A stretch of 64,000 bases of DNA. Source: Candidatus Geohabitans tengchongensis. Lineage in GTDB: Bacteria; Sysuimicrobiota; Sysuimicrobiia; Sysuimicrobiales; Humicultoraceae. The DNA is taken from assembly GCA_031459625.1 (NCBI GenBank), contig JAVKIH010000008.1, forward strand, positions 1 to 64,000, written 5' to 3'. The translations under genes were made by a program, and so were the position numbers. Positions 18,585 to 27,627 of the stretch are shown here, piece after piece. A model generated the notes under the pieces. That model made no database searches. It saw only the letters and a list, made by a program, of their open reading frames with translations, and was not told the DNA's origin. Position 1 is the first letter of the stretch; the number at the start of each line of letters is the position of its first letter.

Positions 18585-19847
18585 CTACCGGCACATCTTG
18601 GCCCGCACGCAGGCCTGCTGCAGGGCGCGCTGGGCCGCGGCCACGTCGCGCCGGGTGACGAAGACGTTCACGATGTCGTTGAACTCGGTGGCGAAGGTCT
18701 CCGGCGCCGCCGAGCCGTGCACTTCGCTCGGGACCAGCGCGTTGCGGGAGAAGTCCCGGGCCGAGGACTGCAGGTAGGCGTCGAACTTGCTCATGTCGCA
18801 GTCGGTGCGGGCGCAGATGGAGCCCTTGAGCGGGTTGAAGGCCTCCTGCCCCTCCTTCGACCCGGCCACCCGCAGCCAGTTGATGGCGTTCTGCCGGTGG
18901 GGCGCCCGCTTGGGCAGCCCGAAGGTGTCGGTGACGACGACGAAGGTGCCGGCGGTCCCCGGCGCCGGGGCAAAGCCATAGTGGACGTTGGGCTTCCACC
19001 CCTTGGAGGTGAAGTAGCCCGCCGCCCAGTCCCCCATGACGTTCATGGCGGCCTTCCCGTCGATGAGCAGCTGCACCGCCTGGTCCCACACCAGCGCGGC
19101 GTGGTCCGTGTTGGCGAAGGAGAGGATGCGGGCCATCGTCTCCAGCGCGCGGCGCACCCCCTCCCCGGTCCAGGGGGTCTGGCCGGTCCACAGCCCGCGG
19201 TAGCCGTTGGCACCCAGGCTGGCCAGGAGGACGTCCTCGAAGAGGTGGGCGGCCTCCCACTTGTTCTTGTCGCCCAGCGCCAGCGGGGTGATCCCCTTGC
19301 TGCGCAGCGTCTGGGCCACCTGGAAGAACTGCTCCCAGGTCGTCGGCGCGCGCAGACCGTTGTCGTCGAAGAGCTTCTTGTTGTACCAGAGGACGTTGCC
19401 GCGGTGGACGTTCACCGGGACGGAGTACATCTCGCCCTGGTAGCTGACGATCTGCACCAGGTCCCTGGGCATGACCCGCTGCCAGCCCTCCTCCCGGGCG
19501 ATGGCCGTGATCGGCTCCATGAACCCCGTCTTCACCCAGGTGTCGATCAGCTCCGCACCGCCGTGCACCTGGAAGGAGTCGGGCGGATTGCCCCCTTGCA
19601 TGCGGGTCTTCAGCACCGCCTTGGCGTTGGTGCCGGCACCACCGGCGACGGTGGCGTTGATGATCTCGACCCCGGGGTACTTGCGCCGGTAGATCTGGAA
19701 GAGCGCGTTGAGCCCGTCGGCCTCGCCGCCGGCGGTCCACCAGGAGAAGATCTCCAGCTGGTTGGCGCCCGCCCCCTGGACGGTCAGGGTCGGTGCCAGC
19801 AACAGGGCGATCGCGAGGAGGATGGCCACATGCCCTCGCCGTGACAT
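18585..19847 (-). CDS. Sugar (glucose/galactose-type) ABC substrate-binding protein
   Basis: FSWWTAGGE, PVNVHRGN, MGDWA, FNPLKGSI. Confidence 0.9.
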   Translation of the reverse strand: MSRRGHVAILLAIALLLAPTLTVQGAGANQLEIFSWWTAGGEADGLNALFQIYRRKYPGVEIINATVAGGAGTNAKAVLKTRMQGGNPPDSFQVHGGAELIDTWVKTGFMEPITAIAREEGWQRVMPRDLVQIVSYQGEMYSVPVNVHRGNVLWYNKKLFDDNGLRAPTTWEQFFQVAQTLRSKGITPLALGDKNKWEAAHLFEDVLLASLGANGYRGLWTGQTPWTGEGVRRALETMARILSFANTDHAALVWDQAVQLLIDGKAAMNVMGDWAAGYFTSKGWKPNVHYGFAPAPGTAGTFVVVTDTFGLPKRAPHRQNAINWLRVAGSKEGQEAFNPLKGSICARTDCDMSKFDAYLQSSARDFSRNALVPSEVHGSAAPETFATEFNDIVNVFVTRRDVAAAQRALQQACVRAKMCR

Positions 19848-20080
19848 CGCTCTCGACCTCCTTTGCCGGGCTGTCGCGCGCAGGATTCGACCCCTGCGGA
19901 CCTGGCCGTGGATTGTCGCCCGGGTGGCTCCACCGCTCGGGTTCTGCGGCCCGCAGCGGATCCCCTCCTCAACAGGCGATTGCGGCGCGGCGGGAGGTCC
20001 TCGCCCTTGCTCTGGAGCGGAGGGGTCCCGATCGCGCCGGCGGGCAGGAGGGCCTCCGCCCGCACAGGAAGGGAAGGGCG

Positions 20081-21277
20081 ATGGACGACGCTGCGGGGCC
20101 CACCACACCGCGGGCCGGGGCCGAGACCCTCCTGCGGGCCCGATACGGGCTCTCCCCCGCCGTCGTCGTCCGCGCACCCGGCCGGGTCAACCTGATCGGC
20201 GAGCACACCGACTACAGCGAGGGGTTCGTCCTCCCGGCGGCCACGGACGCGGCGCTGTGGGCCGCCGCCGCTCCCCTGCCCGAGCCCCTGGTGCGCGCCG
20301 TCTCCGCCGCGGAGGCCGAGGAGACGGTCTTCCCCACGTCCGCCCCGCGCCAAGGGCCGGTGCCGTCCTGGGGGCGCTATCTCCAGGGGATGGCGGCGGT
20401 GCTGGCGGAGGCGGGGGTGTCGCTGCGCGGGCTGGCCCTGGGCCTGGACGGTGACCTGCCGGTGGGGGCAGGGCTCAGCAGTTCCGCCGCCCTGGAGATC
20501 GCCGCGGGGCTGGCCTTCCTGGCCTGCGCCGGCCACCCCCTCGACCGGCGGTCCCTGGCCCGCCTGGCCCAGCGCGCCGAGGTGGAGCACGTGGGGGTCC
20601 GCTGCGGCATCATGGACCAGCTGGCGGTGACTCTGGCCCGGGCGGGCCACCTCCTCCTCATCGACTGCCGGAGTCTCGAGGTCGAGCCCGTGCCGCTGCC
20701 GGCGGAGGCGGTCCTGGTCGTGTGTGACACCGCCGTGCCGCGCCGTCTGGAGGAGTCGGGTTACAACACCCGGCGCGAGGAGGTGGAGGCGGCCGCGCGG
20801 GCGCTGGCGGCCGCCCGGCCCGGGGTGCGGTCGCTGCGCGACCTGGCGCTGCGCGACCTGCCTCTCGTCCACGCGCTGCCGGCACCGCTGGACCGGCGGG
20901 CCCGCCACGTCGTCACCGAGAACGCGCGGGTGCTGGAGGCGGTGCAGGCGCTGCGCCGGGGGGACCTGGCGGCGGTGGGGACGCTGCTGCGGGCCTCCCA
21001 CCGCAGCCTGCGCGACGACTTCGAGGTGAGCACGCCCGAGCTCGAGGCGATGGTGGCCGCCGCCCAGGAGTCCCCCGGGTGCGTGGGCGCCCGGCTCGTG
21101 GGCGCGGGCTTCGGCGGAGCCGTGCTGGCGCTGGTGGAGCGCGGGCGGGAGGCGGCGTTCGTCGCGGCGGCGGGAGCGGCCTACCGCCGGCGCACCGGCC
21201 GCAGCGGCCGGTTCCTGGTCACCGGTGCGGCGGCGGGGGCGGAGGTCCTCACAGGGAGCCAGGACGGAACGTGGTGA
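20081..21277 (+). CDS. galK: Galactokinase
   Basis: GRVNLIGEHTDY, PVGAGLSSSAA, CGIMDQ, GAGFGG. Confidence 0.95.
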   Translation: MDDAAGPTTPRAGAETLLRARYGLSPAVVVRAPGRVNLIGEHTDYSEGFVLPAATDAALWAAAAPLPEPLVRAVSAAEAEETVFPTSAPRQGPVPSWGRYLQGMAAVLAEAGVSLRGLALGLDGDLPVGAGLSSSAALEIAAGLAFLACAGHPLDRRSLARLAQRAEVEHVGVRCGIMDQLAVTLARAGHLLLIDCRSLEVEPVPLPAEAVLVVCDTAVPRRLEESGYNTRREEVEAAARALAAARPGVRSLRDLALRDLPLVHALPAPLDRRARHVVTENARVLEAVQALRRGDLAAVGTLLRASHRSLRDDFEVSTPELEAMVAAAQESPGCVGARLVGAGFGGAVLALVERGREAAFVAAAGAAYRRRTGRSGRFLVTGAAAGAEVLTGSQDGTW

Positions 21278-21782
21278 GGATCTCGTCGCAACTCTTCTGG
21301 GCCTGGCGCCACTCGCCCAGCGGCCGCGCGCAGACGACGTAGCGCACGCGCTCCCGCCCCGAGACGAGCAGGCCGACGGAGGCCCACTCGCCGCCCCGGC
21401 TCGCGCCGGTCACCTCGAAGCGGTGCCAGGCCACGCCACCGTCGTTGCGGAAGCGGCGGAAGCCGGAGACGCCGTGGATAGGCAGCAGGCTCAACCCCAG
21501 GCGTCGCGCCTCGTCGTCGCTGACCGGCCCCGGGACGTCCAGGGTGAAGACCGCAAGGAAGCTGGCCGTCTCGAGATGCGGGACCTCCCCCTCGCCGACC
21601 AGCCCCGGCGGGACGAACCACACCCGGCCCTCCTCGGGGCGCTCGACGACCTCCCATCCCCGCGGGTAGGCGATGGCGAAGCCCAGCTGCGGGTGGGTGT
21701 AGGTCTCGTAGGCGGGGCCGCGCTGGCCGCACCCGGCCAGGGGCGCCAGGAGGAGCAGGAGCCCGCACAGCAGCGGGCGCAT
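21249..21782 (-). CDS. Lipoprotein, PsbP/Mog1p-like fold
   Basis: Lipobox LAGC; YT...LGFAIAYPRGW start and ILTTFR end; alternative start 21878. Confidence 0.6.
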   Translation of the reverse strand: MRPLLCGLLLLLAPLAGCGQRGPAYETYTHPQLGFAIAYPRGWEVVERPEEGRVWFVPPGLVGEGEVPHLETASFLAVFTLDVPGPVSDDEARRLGLSLLPIHGVSGFRRFRNDGGVAWHRFEVTGASRGGEWASVGLLVSGRERVRYVVCARPLGEWRQAQKSCDEILTTFRPGSL

Positions 21783-21874
21783 CGGGCTCAGGCGGCGGGG
21801 CGGTGCAGAACCGTATCGGGGCGCGGCCCGGTGCACGGCGACGCGGCGGGGATGGCGCACGGACCGGGCCGGGT

Positions 21875-22555
21875 TCATGGCGGGAAGGCCAGCGCCTCGG
21901 GGCGGAAGCGCAGTTCGAATTCCGGAAGCGCGCCCACCTGCCGCCGCCGCTCGAAGAGCCACAGCGGCCGGACGACCAGCTGGACGTCGCGCGCCGCCGG
22001 CTCGACCCGCGGAAAGGCGTAGGCACGCAGGAAGCGGCTCCGCGGCGGGATCTGCTCGACCTCGCGGGGAGGGAGGAGGGAGGGGGCGAGGCGGGCCAGC
22101 GCCGCATCGGCGATGGGCCGCCGCAGCACCCCCTCGACGCGCAGGCGCACGTTCACCGACAGGTACCCCTCCAGGGTGAGCGGGCTGACGTTGTCGACCT
22201 CGACCAGCATGACGGTGTAGAGACCTGCGGCACGGGCGTGCACCGTCCGCTCCCGTTCGTCCGGGACCCACGCTGCATAGTACGGATCGGCGGCAAGTCC
22301 CGCCGTCACCCACACCGCCGTGACCGTGACGAACCCCCCGCGCGCCAGGGCGACACCCGTGCTGGCCTCGTGCCCCGCCGGGGCCGCGGGCGGGGTGACT
22401 CTGGCCGATGCGGCGGTGGCCGCGTCCTTCCCGGGGGTCGGGGTCGGGGTCACGGCCGACCGCCCTGTGGCCGGCGCGGCAGCCGCCCGCGGGGGGACCT
22501 GCGCGGTCGCCACACTCAGCAGGGCCATCAGGACGGCGAGCCACAGCGGTGCCAT
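21875..22555 (-). CDS. Secreted hypothetical protein
   Basis: Signal peptide, Ala/Pro/Thr linker, beta-rich C-terminal domain. Confidence 0.55.
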   Translation of the reverse strand: MAPLWLAVLMALLSVATAQVPPRAAAAPATGRSAVTPTPTPGKDAATAASARVTPPAAPAGHEASTGVALARGGFVTVTAVWVTAGLAADPYYAAWVPDERERTVHARAAGLYTVMLVEVDNVSPLTLEGYLSVNVRLRVEGVLRRPIADAALARLAPSLLPPREVEQIPPRSRFLRAYAFPRVEPAARDVQLVVRPLWLFERRRQVGALPEFELRFRPEALAFPP

Positions 22556-22654
22556 GCCCGACCACGCTCCCCACCAGGGTGGTTGTACACGGGTCCGGTC
22601 ACACCCTTTAATGGTGACCGTCGCGGCGGTGTTCGGAGCGGATGGCGGAGGACG

Positions 22655-23344
22655 ATGCGCGAGGTGACGATCGCCCCGGAGGTGGTCCCCCTGGTGCGGG
22701 TGGGCCTGGTCGAGGTGGACGGGGTGCAGGTGGGCCCGCGCAGTCCCGAGCTGGCCGCCGAGATCGCCGTCCTGGTCAGCGCATTGCGCCGGCGCTACGC
22801 CGGCCGGGAGCCGGCCCAGATCGAGGCGCTCGCCCCGGCGCGGGAGCTGTACCACCGCATCGGCATCGACCCCACCAAGCTCCGTCCCTCCTCCGAAGCG
22901 CTCCTGCGCCGCGTGCTGCGTGGCCAGGACCTCCCGGAGATCAACGCCGTCGTCGACACGAGCAACCTCTGCTCGCTGGACTTCCTCCTCCCCATCGGCC
23001 TGCACGACCTGGAGGCCGCCGTCGGCCCGCTGGTCCTGCGGCGTGGGCGCCCCGGCGAGGGGTACGAGGCGATCGGCAAGGGGTGGTATTCGGTGGAGGG
23101 GCGCCTCACCCTGGCGGATGGGGCCGGGCCCTGCGGCACCCCCACCAGCGACTCCCGCCGCACGATGGTGACCGGGCGGACCCGCCGCGTCCTCATGGTG
23201 ATCTACGCGCCGTCGGCGTTCCCGCTCCGCCAGTTGGAGGATCACGTGGCGCGCGCGGCCGAGCGGATGCGGCGGTTCGCTGGCGGGGAGCCCGTCGGGG
23301 TGGCCGTCCTGCCTGCGGCGGCGGACCGCCACGCGGACGCCTGA
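22655..23344 (+). CDS. Stand-alone B3/B4 domain protein (PheRS-beta editing-domain-like)
   Basis: GIDPTKLRPSSEALLRR, INAVVD..N..S, PIGLHDL, PTSDS.RT. Confidence 0.88.
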   Translation: MREVTIAPEVVPLVRVGLVEVDGVQVGPRSPELAAEIAVLVSALRRRYAGREPAQIEALAPARELYHRIGIDPTKLRPSSEALLRRVLRGQDLPEINAVVDTSNLCSLDFLLPIGLHDLEAAVGPLVLRRGRPGEGYEAIGKGWYSVEGRLTLADGAGPCGTPTSDSRRTMVTGRTRRVLMVIYAPSAFPLRQLEDHVARAAERMRRFAGGEPVGVAVLPAAADRHADA

Positions 23345-23358
23345 GGGAGGACGGAGCG

Positions 23359-24375
23359 ATGCCCGCCATGGTGCTCACCCGGCCGGCCCCCGTCGAGACG
23401 GACCCCCTGGCCGCCGCCGACCCGCCGCGCCCGGACCCCGGCCCGGGCGAGGTCCTGCTGCGGGTGCGGGCCTGCGGCGTCTGCCACACCGACCTGCACA
23501 TCGTGGAAGGGGAGCTCGTACCGCACCGCCTGCCGGTGATCCCCGGCCACCAGGTGGTGGGCACCGTCGAGGCGGTGGGCCCGGACGGGCCAGCTGCGGG
23601 GCTCGCCCCCGGGCAGCGGGTAGGCGTCACCTGGCTCTTCCGGGCCTGCGGGGCCTGCGCGGCCTGCCGGCGCGGGGAGGAGAACCTCTGCCCCAGCGCC
23701 CAGTTCACCGGCTACGACGTGGACGGCGGCTACAGCACCTGGATGGTCGCCGACCGTCGCTTCGTCTTCCCGCTGCCCGAGCGCTTCGACGACGTCTCCG
23801 CCGCCCCGCTGCTGTGTGCGGGGGTGATCGGCTACCGGTCGCTGCGCCGGGCGGAGGTCCTCCCGGGTTCGACGGTGGGCCTGTACGGGTTCGGCGCCTC
23901 GGCCCACCTGGCCATCCAGGTGGCCCGCCACTGGGGGTGCCGGGTCTACGTCTTCACCCGCAGCGAGGCGCACCGCCGCCTGGCCGAGGACCTCGGCGCG
24001 GTGTGGACCGGGCCGGTGGACGCCGCCCCGCCCGAGCCGCTGGACAGCGCCGTCTCCTTTGCGCCCGCCGGTCAGGTCATCCCGCGCGCGCTGGCCGCCC
24101 TGCGCCCCGGCGGCACGCTGGCCGTGAACGCCGTCCACCTGGACCGCCTGCCGGAGATGCCCTACGCGCTGCTCTACGGCGAGCGCACCCTGCGGTCCGT
24201 GGCCAACCTGACGGCGCGCGACGCCCGCGAGTTCCTGGCCCTGGCCGCAGAGATCCCGGTGCGCACCGAGGTGGAGCGCTACCCGCTCCGCGAGGCCAAC
24301 GCCGCCCTGCGCCGCCTCAAAGCCCGGGCGGTGCAGGGGGCCGCGGTGCTGGAGGTGGCCTCGACCCCGGCGTGA
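23359..24375 (+). CDS. Zinc-dependent alcohol dehydrogenase
   Basis: CHTD, GHQ, CxxCxxC..C, LCAGVIGYR, YGFGASAH. Confidence 0.92.
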   Translation: MPAMVLTRPAPVETDPLAAADPPRPDPGPGEVLLRVRACGVCHTDLHIVEGELVPHRLPVIPGHQVVGTVEAVGPDGPAAGLAPGQRVGVTWLFRACGACAACRRGEENLCPSAQFTGYDVDGGYSTWMVADRRFVFPLPERFDDVSAAPLLCAGVIGYRSLRRAEVLPGSTVGLYGFGASAHLAIQVARHWGCRVYVFTRSEAHRRLAEDLGAVWTGPVDAAPPEPLDSAVSFAPAGQVIPRALAALRPGGTLAVNAVHLDRLPEMPYALLYGERTLRSVANLTARDAREFLALAAEIPVRTEVERYPLREANAALRRLKARAVQGAAVLEVASTPA

Positions 24376-24414
24376 GCGCCTGCCGCTCCACCGCCGGCGG
24401 CCTGATGGAGCCTC

Positions 24415-24954
24415 CTACCGCCACTTGATGGAGCAGCCTCGCGGCGGCGTCTCCGTGGTCTCGGGACGCCGGCCCGCCAGGACCGCCTCGAGGGCCTCGC
24501 GCAGGTAGTGGTGCCGGACCGCGGTGGGGTCCTCGACGTTGTCGTCCGGCGCGCCGTGGTAGACCAGCCGGCGCTCCCCGTCGAAGAGGAAGATCTCCGG
24601 CGTGCGGGTGGCCCCGTAGCGCCGGGCCACCTCCTGCGACTCGTCGTGCAGGTAGGGGAAGGGGTACCCCTTGGCCTCGGCGCGGGCGCGCATCTGGTCG
24701 AAGGAGTCCTCCGGGTACTTGGTGGCGTCGTTGCTGTTGATGAGGACGAAGCGCACGCCGCGGTCGGCGTACTCCCGCTGCAGGGCGATGATGCGGTCCT
24801 CCCAGGCGCGGACGTAGGGGCAGTGGTTGCACCAGAAGATGACCGCCAGCGCCCGGGCGTCGGCGAAGTCCTCCGGCCCGTAGGTCCGGCCGTCGGTGGC
24901 GGGCAGACGGAAGGGGATGAGGCGCTCATCGGTGGCGATGGCCATGGCGTTCAC
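24415..24954 (-). CDS. Thioredoxin/AhpC-TSA family protein
   Basis: CNHCPYV, FPYLHDESQ, GCSIKW. Confidence 0.9.
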   Translation of the reverse strand: MNAMAIATDERLIPFRLPATDGRTYGPEDFADARALAVIFWCNHCPYVRAWEDRIIALQREYADRGVRFVLINSNDATKYPEDSFDQMRARAEAKGYPFPYLHDESQEVARRYGATRTPEIFLFDGERRLVYHGAPDDNVEDPTAVRHHYLREALEAVLAGRRPETTETPPRGCSIKWR

Positions 24955-24975
24955 CTCCGTGGCGAGGATGTGGGA

Positions 24976-25293
24976 TCAGGACACCCCCGCCGCCGCCCGG
25001 AGGGCCCGGCGGATCATCTCCACCGAGGGGAGCGGCGAGGGGCGACCATCCTCCAGGATATACAACCGGCAGGTGAGGGCCGGTCGTCCCGCCGTCTCCG
25101 GCTGGATGTCCCGGCCCTCGATGCGGATCGTCGGCGAGCCGGGGAAGGCCCGCGCCCGGGCCTCCGCCTCGCTGGCCACGTGGACGACCTCGACCGCGGC
25201 CAGGATCCCCTCCTCGCGCAGCGCCTGCCGCAGCCGCTCCAGCGCCTCCGGGTGGGAGGGGCACCCCTCCCAGTACAGGAACTCCACCCGCAT
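24976..25293 (-). CDS. Small thioredoxin-fold protein (GCP..GSPT..CR type)
   Basis: YWEGCPS, FPGSPTIRI.G.D, LTCRLY. Confidence 0.75.
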   Translation of the reverse strand: MRVEFLYWEGCPSHPEALERLRQALREEGILAAVEVVHVASEAEARARAFPGSPTIRIEGRDIQPETAGRPALTCRLYILEDGRPSPLPSVEMIRRALRAAAGVS

Positions 25294-25398
25294 CACGTCC
25301 AGTATAGCCAGCGAGGAGCGGTGGCCCGCCCGGCGCGCCCGGGGAGCGCGGAGGGAACCTTGCGGCCGTCCGGGTATTATGGAGGTAGTACGGGCGTT

Positions 25399-26217
25399 AT
25401 GCTGACCGACGCCGACTATCGCTTCATCGTCGAGACGCTCGCCGCCACGCCCACCGAGCGGTCCCGGCTCCTGGCCGACCTGCGCCGCGACCCCGAGGCC
25501 CAGGACCGCCTCCTGGAGGACGAGCGCCTGATCAACCGGCTGCGGGAGGACGAAGAGCAGATCCTGCGCATCTCCCCGCGCCTGCTCTTCGCCATCCTCC
25601 TGCGCCAGGTGCGGCGCGACTTGGAGCAGCAGCGCTACACCCTGGAGCGGCTGGGCCTGACCGAGCGCGTGCCGGTCTTCGACGCGGGGGCCGTGCGCAA
25701 CGTCCTGGCCGACCGGCGGCTGCTGGACTACCTGGTGGACATGCTCGCCTCCTTCGTCCGCACCGAGACGATCACGGTCCTGCGCCGGCGGGCCGGGCGG
25801 ATGGAGCGGCGGCGGCTCAGCACGCTCAGCATCGACGACATGATCGAGCTGGCCGCGCTGCTGGACGAGGAGGCGCGCTTCCCCCTGTACAAGCGCATCG
25901 CCGACATCGCCCTCTTCACCTCCGGGATCTTCGCCGACCACGTCACCCGCGGGGCGGTGCGCACCGGGGCGCAGGCGCTGGGGCTGTGGATGGACGAGCG
26001 GCGGCTGCGGGGCCTGGACGAGTACGAGGAGGAGGGGCGGCGCTTCTACCGGTTGGCCGCCGCCCACAGCGTGGCGCGCGCGCTGCGGCTGGACCGCGTC
26101 CTCGACCGCCTGGCCGAGGAGTTCCCGCTCGTCCGCAAGCCGCTGGCGGTGATGGCGGACCGGTACATGACCTGGACGCGGTTGCGCCTCTTCGAGGGCC
26201 CGGCCGCCGCGCAGTAG
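25399..26217 (+). CDS. Hypothetical protein
   Basis: GGAGG upstream; GC3-biased coding; RIADIALFTSGIF and YEEEGRRFY segments. Confidence 0.75.
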   Translation: MLTDADYRFIVETLAATPTERSRLLADLRRDPEAQDRLLEDERLINRLREDEEQILRISPRLLFAILLRQVRRDLEQQRYTLERLGLTERVPVFDAGAVRNVLADRRLLDYLVDMLASFVRTETITVLRRRAGRMERRRLSTLSIDDMIELAALLDEEARFPLYKRIADIALFTSGIFADHVTRGAVRTGAQALGLWMDERRLRGLDEYEEEGRRFYRLAAAHSVARALRLDRVLDRLAEEFPLVRKPLAVMADRYMTWTRLRLFEGPAAAQ

Positions 26218-26240
26218 CGCTGGCCCGCCCCGGTCGCGGC

Positions 26241-27617
26241 GTGGCGTCGGCCCGACCCGCCCGCCCCCCGGCCCCGGGCGAGGAGGTGGTGGTGCGGGTC
26301 GACCGCCTCGCCTACGGCGGCGCCGGGGTGGGGCGGCTGGACGGCTTCGTTGTCTTCGTCGAGGGGGCCGCCCCCGAGGAGACCGTGCGTGCCCGCATCC
26401 GCCGCGTGCGCCGCCGCCACGCCGAGGCCGTGGTGGCGGCGGTGGAAGCGGCCTCCCCGGTGCGGGTCGAGCCGCGCTGCCCCCACGTCCGGGACGACTG
26501 CGGCGGGTGTCGCTGGCAGCACGTGGCCTATCCCGCCCAGGCGCAGGCCAAGGCGGCCATCGTGCGCGAGTCGCTGGCCCACCTGGGCGGCTTCGGCGAC
26601 GTCCCCCTGGCGCCGATCCTCACCCCGCCCGAGCCCTGGTACTACCGCAACAAGATGGAGTTCAGCTTCCATCCGGACGGCGTCCTCGGCCTCCACCGGC
26701 ACGGGGCCTGGGACCGCATCGTCGCCCTGCAGACCTGCTTCCTCCAGTCCCCGCGCGCCGTCGCCCTGGTGCACGCCGCCCGGGCCTTCGCGCTGGAGCA
26801 CGGGCTGAGCCTGTACGACCCGCGCACGCGTCAGGGGTTCCTGCGCCGGCTGGTGGTCCGGGAGGGGCGGCAGACCGGGGAGACCATGGTGGTGCTGGTC
26901 ACGCGCAGCGGCCCCTTCCCGCAGGCGCAGGCCTTCGCCGAGCGGATGGCGGTCACGGACCCCAGCGTCGTCAGCGTCGTGCGGGGGACGAGCGACGCCC
27001 CCTCCGACGGCGCCCCCCTCGAGGCGGTAGAAGTCCTGCACGGCCGCGAGGCCATCGCCGAACGGGTGGGGGAGCTCACCTTCCGCATCGGTCCGGAGAC
27101 CTTCTTTCAGACCAGCACGTGGGGGGCGGAGCGGCTCACCGAGCTGGTCCTGCGCTTCGCCGAGCCGGCGCGGGGCGGCCTGGTCTTCGACCTGTACTGC
27201 GGGGTGGGCACCTTCACGCTGGCGCTGGCGCGCCTGGCCCGGCACGCGGCGGGGGTGGAGGTGGCCGCCGCGGCGGTGGCGGCGGCCCGCCAGAACGCGG
27301 CCCACAACGGCATCGGCAACGCCACCTTCCACGCCGGGGACGTGCGCCTGGTCCTGCCGGCCCTGCTGGAGCAGTTCGGCACGCCCCAGGTCATCGTGCT
27401 CGACCCCCCGCGGGCGGGGGCCGGCGCCAGGGTGATGCGCAAGATCGGCCGGGCAGGAGCGTCGCGCGTTGTCTACGTCTCCTGCAACCCCACCACGCTC
27501 GCCCCCGACCTGCGGGAACTGGCCGCCTTCGGCTACCGCATCGCCGCCGTCCAGCCGGTCGACCTCTTCCCGCAGACCTACCACGTGGAGACGGTCGTCG
27601 CCCTCGACCGCACCTGA
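26241..27617 (+). CDS. rlmD: 23S rRNA (uracil-1939-C5)-methyltransferase
   Basis: TRAM domain, C..CGGC.WQH, FFQ, DLYCGVG, DPPRAG, YVSCNP, DLFPQTYHVE. Confidence 0.93.
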   Translation: MASARPARPPAPGEEVVVRVDRLAYGGAGVGRLDGFVVFVEGAAPEETVRARIRRVRRRHAEAVVAAVEAASPVRVEPRCPHVRDDCGGCRWQHVAYPAQAQAKAAIVRESLAHLGGFGDVPLAPILTPPEPWYYRNKMEFSFHPDGVLGLHRHGAWDRIVALQTCFLQSPRAVALVHAARAFALEHGLSLYDPRTRQGFLRRLVVREGRQTGETMVVLVTRSGPFPQAQAFAERMAVTDPSVVSVVRGTSDAPSDGAPLEAVEVLHGREAIAERVGELTFRIGPETFFQTSTWGAERLTELVLRFAEPARGGLVFDLYCGVGTFTLALARLARHAAGVEVAAAAVAAARQNAAHNGIGNATFHAGDVRLVLPALLEQFGTPQVIVLDPPRAGAGARVMRKIGRAGASRVVYVSCNPTTLAPDLRELAAFGYRIAAVQPVDLFPQTYHVETVVALDRT

Positions 27618-27627
27618 CCGGCCCACC

